Positions 25,601 through 37,067 of a stretch of 64,000 nucleotides of DNA are shown here, one piece after another. The DNA is taken from positions 8,246,001-8,310,000 of the forward strand of contig NC_134028.1 in NCBI RefSeq assembly GCF_964204645.1. The letters run 5' to 3'. The notes below the pieces were generated by a model. That model saw nothing but the letters and a program-made list of their open reading frames with translations, was not told where the DNA came from and made no database searches. Position 1 is the stretch's first letter. Each line of letters begins with the position of its first letter. A program made the position numbers and the translations under genes. Source of the stretch: Tubulanus polymorphus. Its lineage: Eukaryota; Animalia; Nemertea.

Positions 25601-28596
25601 TTACAACAGTTCAAACATCAAATTTCACAAACAACCACACATTTTTGCATCGTGAAAATATGTTTCACGACAATTTTGTCAATGATTCGAGCTGCACGAT
25701 GGGTTGGGTAAGCATAAATAAACAATGCTATCAAATACTGACAGACTGGAACAAACATCGAGGTCTAGATATGAAATCTGCGACAGAGATCTGTCATAGC
25801 ATCGGTGCTGAAATAGCCACTGTGATAACCATCTACACAGACAACGAAACTATGGACTTCATAAGAACATTCCACTTTGAACATCAATATAGCTCTATAC
25901 TAGCGATGACTTTCAATGACAGACTGCTCGTAATAAATCCAATAATCACTAGAGATGAAATCACTTATATTCAATCAGTGAAATGGACGATGAAACAGTT
26001 TGATTATGCGACAGATACAGCACATTCTGTTTTATGCTCATACAATGTAACTGATGAAGATTTAGCTGCTATAAGCGGTTGTAAATGGTGGCAGTTTGAA
26101 TGTAACGATCAAAGATGTATCAGCGACCATCGCGTATGCGATACCAGACACGATTGTCAACAAGGGGAAGATGAACTCAATTGTAGGGATGTAAATTCAC
26201 ACAGTCAGTTCCAATGCTACAATGGTCGGGTTATATCAATAAGTGGTTTGTGTGATTTCTTACAGGATTGTCCGGATGGTTCTGATGAGAAATCGTGTTT
26301 TCATCCCCCGTGTTTGTCCGGACAATTCCGCTGTAAAAGTGGCCAGTGTGTAAATAGGTCTAGTAGATGTGATGGAGTCACTGATTGTAAAGACGGTTCT
26401 GATGAAATTGGATGCAACGCTCAACTGTGTCAGGGATTTGTATGTAACAGTGGAGACTGTATCAGTTTGCAGTTGCATCAGGATGGTGTCGTGGATTGTA
26501 GTGGAAGTCTCGAAGAAGACGAATTAGTAACAACTACTGATGTCACTGTGAATCCTACGGTTCATTGCAATTATGAGAACTACTGTACGACTAACTTCAC
26601 AAATCTCTGTTCGGAATCTGATGAACAAAGATGTTCTTTCAGTTCTCCTCATTGTTATTCAAGACGTTACAGGTGTATTCTAGAAAGAATTACAAATGGT
26701 TACCTAGTTTGTAGAAAACTTGAGCACCTATTGAGATGTGAAGAATTTGAATGTCCAGTTGGTACTGTAAAATGTCCAGCATCGTACTGTATACCAATAA
26801 GACAGGTGTGCGATGGTCAAGCAGATTGTCCTAATTCAGAGGATGAACAAAACTGCGATACATTATCATGTCCAGGAATGTTTAAATGTGGTCAGGAAAA
26901 CCGATGTATTCCACAATCTGAAGTGTGTGATGGTGTCGTAAATTGTAAACATACAACTGATGACGAGGCTTCCTGTAGCGTTGCGTGTCCTACAGGCTGT
27001 ATATGTCAAGGTCATTTTATTGATTGTGGTAATACTGGTTTAACGGATATCACTGGTCTTTTCTCGGCATCAACCCGAGTTCTAATCTTGTCAAATAATC
27101 AAATTCATTTCAACAAGTCGACATTATATTTACTTCGCTATCTCTACATTCTCAACATCTCTTCCAATGAATTGTCTCATATTTTACCGAACTCGTTCTC
27201 GAACCTGCATAACCTGCATTCGTTAGACATTACATACAACAACATAAAATCATTATCCGCGAATACATTCATCGGTTTGTACAGTTTGAAAGAGTTATCC
27301 ATAACTGGAAATCCGCTGAGATATTTGGAAGAAGGCAGTTTCAGAGGTTTGAAGTCGCTTCGAGATCTTGATCTTCACGGACTTTTTCTGTTCGATTTAG
27401 CTGCACATGTTTTCAATGGTTTATCCTCATTACAATCATTAAATATCAGCAGTAACAAAATCTTGTATATTTCAATATACGCTTTTTCTGGGTTGAATGA
27501 ACTTGGAATTCTTGATATCACCAACAACTCGAAAATAATTTCTGTCGACAGAAATGTTTTCGACAATCTGACATCATTAGTCTCCATAACGTCCGATGCT
27601 TACAAATTCTGCTGCATGGCTCCGAATGTTGACCAGTGTCTTCCCGAAGCTGATCAATTTTCCTCCTGTTCGGATCTCATGGGTAACAAAGTCCTCAGAG
27701 CTATCATCTGGGTTATTTCTGCATCCACCTTCATCTTAAATAACATCGTCATTTTATTTCGCTTTCGATCAATTCGATTCTCAGGCCACGAAATGCGAAG
27801 CACATCTTCTGACATCCTCATTATCAATATTGCCGCTTGTGATTTTCTGATGTCGGTATATTTGTTTTTGATCGCGGGAGCAGATTACGTTTATAAAGGA
27901 GTTTATTTCCTAAATTCTGAAACTTGGACCGACAGTTCATTGTGTAGTTTTGCTGGAGTTATGGTGACTATATCCTGTGAAGGCTCGTTGACTTTTGTCT
28001 GTATTCAAACGCGGCATAGATTCTCAAATATCGTTAATCCATTTTCCGCAAATCCGATTACATCTCCGAGATGTGTGTCCATTATTTGTGCGCTCAATTG
28101 GATTATCATTGCATTTCTTTCATTAGTGCCACTTGTACTAACGTCTTATTTCGAGAAAAATTTGTATGGTACTACTGGAGTTTGTTTACCTATGAATTTA
28201 ATTTCCATTGATGTCAACGCCTGGCAATATTCATTCGCTATTTTTGCCGTGTTTAACTCTGGCATACTTGCTGCGATAATGGCGACCTATGCGCAAATAT
28301 ATAGATTCGTATCTAGAAGCAGGTCTGGTTCGGGTAGAGCTGATCCTACCGAACTGATATTGGCACGCAGGAGTTTGGTGATAAATCTGTGTAATTTGTT
28401 TTGCTGGCTGCCGTTAATTACCGTTCAGATTTGTGTGGTATTACGGGTAGAAATACCGAATCAGGTGGCGGCTTGGCTGGCGGTTCTTTTTTTGCCGATC
28501 AACTCGTCCCTCAATCCCCTTCTTTATACCATACTGACTATCGATATGAAATCCGTACGCGCAAAAACTAAACGCAGGCAAAATATTAGAACATGA
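22606..28596 (+). CDS. GRL101/LGR-type GPCR, ~1943 aa: signal peptide, CUB/CUB-like domains, 2 C-type lectin, ~7 LDLa, LRRs, rhodopsin 7TM
   Basis: Exons 22606-23811, 23901-25241 and 25312-28596 join in phase 0 via GT-AG introns. CUB: SGYIVSPNYP...CRW. CTL: NWENAELYC...HLLSI...WTDG...FICE. LDLa: CDGxxDCxDGSDE. LRRNT: CPTGCIC. Hinge: YKFCC...DQFSSCSDL. TM6 FCWLP, TM7 PINSSLNPLLY. Confidence 0.9.
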
Positions 28597-29193
28597 TCAA
28601 CATGCCGAAGTTCGAGATGTAAATATTTTCCCCTTGAGTCTATTGCGTTTGTGCTCTCGATGTTCCCGAAGTTAAGGAGCCAAAGCAAGAGGGGAAGAAG
28701 AGATTATCTGTAAAAACACCCGAAATTATGATCCGATTTTTTTGAAAACAAAATCAATGAATCACGTGAATCTATATCTACGGATCACGACTTGCGTCGT
28801 TTTCAGCATCGCCATCTTCGGTCGCGGCGCAAATATACTGTATTTTATCATTCTCAGTAATGAACTTTCAAACAACACACCAGCAAATACAACTCGAGAT
28901 GTTTGTTGGCTGTCGCGGACATGTTTTTAGTGTGTCTTATATGGTATTTGACTGTCAGCATCGGCTGTACAGTCACACTCTGTTGCTGGATTTGACTGCT
29001 GAAATAAACCACGTTAAAAAAGCGCTTGTATTCATACACTCAATACATTCGACTTAAGTTTTCAGGTACCAGTGATCCGATAACACTGTCGATAGCTATA
29101 GTAGATATATCGTTGTTTGTTGGCCTCTGAACATGTTAGAATTATAAGTATTAGGAAAAATCATCTACATCACTTTAATTAATAAACCATTTT

Positions 29194-29560
29194 ACAGTTT
29201 CTAGCCGCCATTTTGTTAGGGTAATTTTGTCCTGTGTTGTTGCGTCATTTTTTTCTCTTTTTTGAAAACTGTTTGCGATGCACGTTGTATCATATTTCAT
29301 TAGTCCATAAATGGAATTTGACCGTTTTGGCAACATTCAAACCGTTTGAATCTCTAGTTTTCAGTTCTGTAAAATGCATTTCTCAAATTTGCAACAATGC
29401 GATATGAGAGCGATATAAAAATCTGTGGCAAGTTGTTGTCGCCCGCGTAAATATTCAAGGTACTCAACTTAGAAGTTTGTTACTTTTAGAAATAATTCTC
29501 GGAAAAATCCAAACATTTCAGGAACTGTGTACACTAAACAAAATGGCGGCTAGCAACTGT
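29194..29560. mobile_element. MITE with ~30-bp TIRs
   Basis: ACAGTTTCTAGCCGCCATTTTGTTAGGGTA ... TACACTAAACAAAATGGCGGCTAGCAACTGT. Confidence 0.75.
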
Positions 29561-29904
29561 TATCATTCCATTCATACCTGCACTAAACGACTCAGTATAA
29601 GACTTAATTCGGTAAAGATAGATATCTAATAAACAAACTGGTTTTATATCATTCTCCCTTGACCATTGACCATACAACAACATATAGGCTATTCAAGCTT
29701 CTTTAGACCGATGTGCCGGAAAGATGGAATAAATGAGTAGAACTTCCAAAAACAAATGGTTATTACGGGATAATGGATTTGTGGTAAAAGGGTATTGACT
29801 AATTCCTGATATATAACCCGATTCCATAATGTCGGCTAAGTTTGAATGATCTATTTTGCATTATATACGAATTGTCGAGCGAAGCGGCGTAAACTACGTA
29901 TCGA

Positions 29905-31063
29905 TTAGCAGTTTCTGGCCGGTGGCGATTGCATATTTCTTTTATCGTGACTTGGTAGATCATCGGGTAAAGGTCTGTTCTTCGTTTCTGGTATAAACAA
30001 AAAAGCAAGAATTCCGGATGAGAAAAAAACTGTAGCGAATGTTACGTACAGTATCGAACTGTGATAGGCTGCCTGAAATGAGAAATGGGTGATTATGAAC
30101 TAATGAATCAGAACATCTGAAATTCGATGACAACCAAGTGAAAAACTTACAATAAAAACGCGGAAGATGTGGGGGATTTCACCGTGTGGGATTTTTCCCG
30201 GAGGATGTTACCTACATTAGTAGTAATTAAGGAGTTTATTTTGGGGAGAGAAAAGTTATAATTAACTGTGAAATCAGATTTTCTAAAAATGATAGCCGAC
30301 TCAAGGATGTGGCGTTTTTATAAATCAGAACAAGGGCAGAGATTAATTGGCTAGAGGAGAAATGAAAAACATGGCAAGTTTCAAATGTGTGTGAGAAATA
30401 GAAATCAGACGGCCATCTATTGCATTAGGCGTGTATTTCATTTATACGAAATAATGACAAATGGTAATTAGACTTTAAACCGACGCCTATACCTGTAGCT
30501 GGAGGGTGATATTTCGTTCTGAATCTCTATCTGATGGTGTACACTTTAGTCTAAACGTCAAGCCTTGTTGTGAGTGGTTTCTATTTACTCTGTCGTGTAT
30601 TTATGAATTATCTTTATACCTTAATCGATTTGAGGGCTTACCGATAGTATGATATAGGGCGCTGCAAATGAACCCACTCTGCCCGCCTTGTTAATAGACC
30701 CCGTAGCTATATTTCGGAAATGGAATCGTTTTGCGTGACGTCACAGGGCCGCAAACTTTGATTACTGAGATTAGTCGACTTTTTACGGAGAAGTGCGTTG
30801 GATTTATGCAAATTGGATATGATAGAAAATGAGTATTAGATTACATCGAATATTGTTACCTCGATAGCGTGGGATACAACTCCCAACACCTCGCTAGATT
30901 TGAAGAGAAACTCCCCGCTGTCACCGATACCGATGCTATTGAAAAATAGGTTACGACCATTGGATTATGTGCGCCACGCCTCTTACTTTCATAACTAATA
31001 TTACTATATGGCAACATCCGGCAAGTGAAATGAAAATCACATTACTCTTCACTCGTCCGACCC
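29905..31063 (-). pseudogene. SLC22 copy F: remnant of the last three exons
   Basis: Exon-6-like ~30860-31063 has a 1-nt deletion near 30969. Exon-7-like ~30642-30714 has its acceptor mutated AG>CG. Exon-8-like is 29905-30072. No exons 1-5 were found before copy G. Confidence 0.75.
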
Positions 31064-31650
31064 TAGATAGGAAGAGAAAGTGAGTGTATTTTTTTCTAAT
31101 CGTGACATACTAAACGATTTTTCTGTACATCGAATATCACGAAACGCTCAATAAAAATGTTTATCTTGAACTGAAACATGGATAATTTTTTGCATCCGTA
31201 GCTGCATTTTACCGTATAATTTTCCCCGTCAATATTGCATTGCCCGCACGAAGAGACTTTTAAGAATGAATTGAATATTTATGTATTCTCGAATACCAAA
31301 ATCATAAAATCGATCAAGAAAAGTAAGTCCATTCTCCAACATAGATAATGAATATTTGAAATGTTATGTTAATTTGAATACGATGATTGTTCCTTTGATG
31401 ATAAATCAAATGCAAATTGTTTTCAATGAGGTCACCTCAAGAATCCAGCTATGGAGGCGGTAAAATAAGATATTGATGCAATATATCAATCTGCAATGAG
31501 GTTTTACAATTGGACTGGTTCCCATTGCGTGAAAAATTGCGAATCACTTTTTGCGAGGAGTGAATACCACGCAACGCAAACTGATTTTCGTCGCAAATGG
31601 TCCCGCAACGCAAAACATCCACGCAAACTTGCGTAACGTTAGTGAATAAG

Positions 31651-31945
31651 GTCCGTAGCCAGTTGGGGGGTTAGATTTTCATGAAAGTGGTGCTTTTTTC
31701 ATGGAAGCGGAACTTTTTTAAAATTGGAACATTTTGTAAGGTACCCACACAAATGTCGGGTCCTGGGAGTACTCGCACAGAATTCTTGAAAATGAGATGC
31801 AAAGAGAAGCAATTTTACAACTTCTAATATATTTGGGGTGAAAATCTTGCTCCTTTTTCCTAGAAATTAGCCTCAAATTAACTAAGTTTGGAAGCATGTG
31901 CATATTTTGAACGAAAACAAATGAGAATGTGTGACCAATGAGTGA
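31651..31945. repeat. Dispersed repeat; inverted copy at ~54770-55025
   Basis: AAATGTCGGGTCCTGGGAGTACTCG...ATTTTGAACGAAAACAAATGA matches the reverse complement of CATTGGTTTTCGTTCAGAAT...CGAGCACTCCCAGGACCCGACATTT. Confidence 0.7.
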
Positions 31946-32316
31946 ATGTTTTAAAATCGATACCCAAAGGTCGGCATGGGAGGAACTTCGTGAACGAGCG
32001 TTCGCTCGAACCCCTCGAACGGGCCTGTGTTTTTTTCGTGCAAATGAGGCAGACATTGCGGGGTTTTATACTGATAAAATGCCACCGGTCTCTCTACCAT
32101 CTTTACAAGAATATCTTTTTCCGAAATTCCATCAGTATTCAACGACGTAGGTGAATTCAGAATCCAGAAATATTTCGAAAAATATGATTTTTATTCGAAT
32201 AAAATTGATGCTCCGGTCAAAGCAATATTTCAAGACAAAGATCATGAGTTGCATAATAGGAATTATAGTCGTGACAATTAATACTGGTCAATGCTCAAAA
32301 ACATACAACAATAATG

Positions 32317-35300
32317 TTATACATCATGGGCGATGTGCTTCATTGGTGTCGAACCGCCATTGCAGTCTGTAGACGCTTCGTTTCTTTTATCGTGTCTGCT
32401 GGGTAGATTATCAGGTAAAGGTTTGTTTTTTGTTTCTGGTATCAAGAAGAAAACAAGGATTCCGGAAGAGAATGAAACTGTCGCAAAAATAACGTACGGA
32501 ACCGAACTGTGGGAGGCAGCCTGGAATGAGAAATCGAATGAATGTAAACTAGCGAAATCAGAAATAAAGGCGAGTGTCCTTATGACGTAGGCCTACTATA
32601 AATTCTTGAACTCACCAATAAGGCAATGAAAGGAGCAATCATTGAACCGACTCGGACTCCGATGTTGAAAGAACCAGTTGCGATGTTTCTGGAAAAAAAT
32701 GCAACGGTTTAGTTTCTACAATGTAATTACAGTCGAACCTCGTTAGTACGATAATAAAGAGAGATTCCCACAATAATGACCAAAACCAAAGTCCGAAAAT
32801 ATTCCTAGAGCTAGTAGTTTATTCGATGTTTGGACTATATTCTAACACTCATCTATAGGAAGAGTATTACACTAAAATACATTCAATTTGATTTGGGTTC
32901 TTTGTTTAAGTACATACCAGCAGTATGGTCTTTTCAGGTAAGCATGAAATTGAGGTAACTATGGAATTGTTCTTATCAAAAGGTTAATACGAAATTCGGT
33001 TAGTAGGATGATTTTTTATTTTCCCAGGGACATCGTACTAATGAGGCTAATTCTATCATTTAGTGTTTATCAAGAGAAAATATGACAAGTGAGTCAGATT
33101 TCTACGACGAATATCAAACTCTGATTGTTTATTACGTAGAAATTACTATACCTCATTAAAGTGGGATACAATTCCCAGCCGCTCATTCCTATTGCAGACC
33201 AGCCTCCCGCCATTACTGATACCGATGCTAATGCAAAATAGGTAACGACCATTTGATAACCGTCCGCCAACCCGGTTACTTCCAGGGCTAATATCACTAG
33301 ATGACAGCATCCGGTCAGTGAAATGAACAGCACAAAACTCTTCACTCGGCCGATCCTATTAAAACGTAAGACATCATCGGTTCAGAAGTTGCGACGTAAA
33401 CGAATACAGATACTTTCGAATCGTAAATATCACGTACCAATTAATAATGTAGATGGAGATCAGACCCATGACTAAAGTTCCGATACCACTAACAGCAACA
33501 TTCAGATAGATATTTCCAGTAAGTGAACTTATTGAAGAGTTTATACCGTACCAAGACGCCGCTAAACTAAACCTGAAAAGTCAACCAAAATAATACGATT
33601 TACAATCTATCAGAAGTTCTACCCTGTATTTCCCTCTCATAAAAGCATAAAAATGAAAGTACCATGCAAAATTAATAGCTGACAAAACAGGTGATATCGG
33701 TAAGCATTCTAGGGATCTTACGTAGCATATGCTAAGACTATTGTCCATATTGACATCTTGCGGTTGTGGAATAAATCTAAATAAGTGTACGGCACAGTTC
33801 TTTCCTGTCGTTTATTCTCAGTTCTGGCCACGTCTTCTAAAAACGTGTGCAAGTTAGCTTTCGGAGACAAACGATTGAACCATATGGCTTTGTGTATCCA
33901 ATATTCAGCATCTTTGAATCGTCGTTTTTGTACAAGCCACCTGGAGCTCTCCGGGTATAAACTAAGAAAATTATTTGCAAAGAAATAAATGTATAAATCA
34001 AATTTTTCATATTTGGTCAATTTTGATGTAACACAACATTGGTCATAATAGCGCTTACAAGTAATAAAGAGGAAATAAAGGAATTGTGATAAGTCCTACG
34101 GCCGTAGTTAAAGTCCGCCAATCTCTGCATAGGTATGCCAACAATGCTATCAACATGGGTGAGGTTTGCCAACTAAATCTCCATGATGTCAACGTTCTCC
34201 ATTTAGGACTCATCCATTCCAAGCTCAGCACTGGTGCTACGCAAACTATTGCACCTGAAAATAAGGAACATTTAACCATTAGGGGCTGTGCATTAAAGTC
34301 GTCCACACTAAATTGCACTAAAGTTTCGACCCTCCCCCATGTCCACCTATTGTCTAACTCTCTCCTCCTCCTTGTCCATCGGATAAAAAAAAAGAAAATT
34401 AAGACGTTGGATATTTAGTCATGTAAAATAATGTTTTTTCATTCATTCACTCTGGACTGTACGTACAGTTCGTTATACCATACATCATCTTGAAAACATG
34501 TTTACTATTTCTCCTTTAATTCGAAGTTGAACTAATCATCCATGTAAAACACTAAATTATTTGTTTTAGCTTACAGGAAGGAATTTAGCAGGAAGAAGAA
34601 AGAGGTCCACAAAAGTCTAAACTTCACAAACCCCTCCCCCTCGAACTTGGTCGTCTTTTATCAACATCCTCTTATATGCATCTGGTTATCGAGTTTTTGT
34701 ATTGATGAATAAGCAAGTCAATTTATTCCCAATCATCAGTTGGAAAAAGAACTAGAATACCAATTGTTTCTTAAAATATATCTTGCGAATTACGACGACA
34801 GGGAAATGTACCTTATTGCAACATATTCATCGCACATACTTACCGGCAAAAATACCGGTCATAAATCTTATAACGCAGTAGACATAATAGTTTGAGGAAA
34901 ACCTTAAGCAGGTTTGAAATATGGCCAGTAAAAGCCACATAACGAATATCGACCATCTTCTTCCAAACGTATCCGAAACTTGACCTCCGAGAATCGTTCC
35001 GACGACTAAAGCACCGAAAAAGCAACTGGTGATAGTTTTCGCTCTCCACAGCTCTCCGCAAACAAGGTTCCACTGAAAAAGATGGACATTTTGTACTGTT
35101 TCACTTCACTGATAATTTGAGAGAAATGTTTTCCTCGGTTTCAAGTCGTTTATGTGGGACCAAGTGTTTCATTCATTACACGTGGACAAAGAAAGTCCAA
35201 TGCCAATTTAAACGAGGCCAAATGCCAATTTAAACGAGGCCACGTCGCTTGGAAAGAGATTTAACAAGAAACGGAAAACCTAATCAAATTCAGGGACATT

Positions 35301-35955
35301 TGCGGGTCACTCGAAGTAAACACCATTATCAGTTAATTTCAGTTTATCAAAGTTCGATATTGAGTATAACTTTTTAGGTAAATCAAGATATTGTAGAACT
35401 ATGTAAGAAAGTATCCTCTTGACTTTAAACGCTATCAATATACGTTATTCGTTATAAACATATAATCGCGTTAATTAGATCGAATTTAGAAAATTGAAGA
35501 TGTTTGCAACACCATAATTCGGGTACAAACTGGATTCCATAAAAAGCAAGGGTTCCTAAAAACCAAAGGTTTTATTGCTGTTGATTCACCTCTGTGAGCG
35601 CTGATGTATAAGTCGGGTTGAAAGTTCGATTGACGCAAATTGAATCCTCAGTTGAACAGAATCCATTAGTAGAATTCGGTAGTGATAAATTGACGCATGA
35701 AATTTTGCACTCGATACTCGCACATTTCCATCCGGGATCAGCGCATTCAAATACAAAATACATCACCGATAATGTACCGCTTATTTCTATCAAATTTGAC
35801 ATGACAAAAACCAACAATTGATATAAGCCTAAATCGCCTAAAGTTTCGAATATGTCATCGAACTCAGAATTTTCTCCGCGTTTGTCTTTTGAGATTTTGT
35901 CACCGCTGATGAAAGCAGTTTTTTCAAGTTCCACTTTTTCACTTTCTTCATCCAT
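32317..35955 (-). CDS. SLC22-family organic ion transporter copy G (8 coding exons, apparently intact; most divergent introns)
   Basis: Exon 1 is 35590-35955 and exon 2 is 34844-35072. Further exons at ~34059-34254, 33722-33961, 33438-33572, 33152-33356, 32616-32688 and 32317-32520. Confidence 0.85.
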
Positions 35956-36950
35956 GATGTTTTTTTTAACCTCTACCGCGAGCACGTGTGAAAACTAAAA
36001 TCCTCCTATGCTCCCCGAATACGCTGCGTTGAAAGATCCTCGTCGTTGACTTCAACTGCACATTGTCAACTATCTTAGATGTCTTCTGGACTATGATCCA
36101 GTTCCGATGATTGAGGAGCGATAAGATTTCTATTATCGAGAGTGTCCCGTTTAACGATCTCTTAAGCCTTCGATCAATGTGTGTTATCAAATTAAATTGA
36201 CAGAAAAAATTGCATCATTGAAAAATCTCATTATAATGAAATTAAGAGAATTTCCTGAACTTTTTCGGTCGCTATACTTAAGAAGCCGAGGTCGCATAGC
36301 ATTTTCTCATCCACTTATCACGTCCCCGTAATTTGCATTTTTTTTCTTGCGGAAGTAATGTTTCAAATCTCTCTCCTGTGACATTTTTCGAACTAGTAAC
36401 CAAAGATGGTTCTTTCCATTAGAGAAACTGTTGTATATGTCACATGTTATTTGAATCCAAACTCACATCCAGGAAACCATTTGCAAGTCGTTTTGCAAAT
36501 GTGTATGTGTCTTGATAAATCTTCGCACAGAAATCCCGCTGTCCGTGAATTAGTTTTTGCACGATCTTGGGGTTACACGTGCTTAAGCGTATATAATCTG
36601 GTTGTCGCGGTTGACTACTGATCTACCGTGTTTGGAGATAAACAAGGGATTTGTTTCCAAGATGTTAACACGACCTAACAAGAATAAGTCAAAAATTGTA
36701 AGATAAAGTGTATAAGCTTAACGATCCCTTACATACAAAACTATATAACAGGTTAGAAATTTCTGTGATAAAACTAATAGCGGAGTAATTCCTCACAATC
36801 AAAAATCATCAAGTGAAAAAAATTACCATGGGTACATTAGTCCGTGTTTTTCGGCTGGAAGCTGAAGTAATGAGACTAGAACTCCCCGTTGAGCCACTGC
36901 GGTGAGACTCTTTACCAAAGTCTACATTTAATTGAATTGTCGGGCACTGG

Positions 36951-37010
36951 CACGTGGATAAAATGACGTCACTGGGAAAGCCGCCGCGAAGTAAAGCGAC
37001 GCCATTTTGC
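36951..37010 (+). promoter_or_regulatory. ZNF207 proximal promoter motifs: E-box, full CRE, YY1-like site
   Basis: CACGTG 36951-36956, TGACGTCA 36964-36971 and CGCCATTTT 37000-37008, all within 120 bp of the ATG of a housekeeping gene. Confidence 0.55.
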
Positions 37011-37067
37011 ACGAATCGAGCGAAGAAATCAATTTTGCGCGTGAATTGACACTGAATATATCTGAAC

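Noticed and set aside
606-35821. Recurrent plus-strand ORFs (MKVRL.QTKSSVEQNP..., MYGTVLSCRL..., MISPTAVVK...)
   Set aside because: They are antisense shadows of the SLC22 exons and recur only because the sense exons are duplicated.
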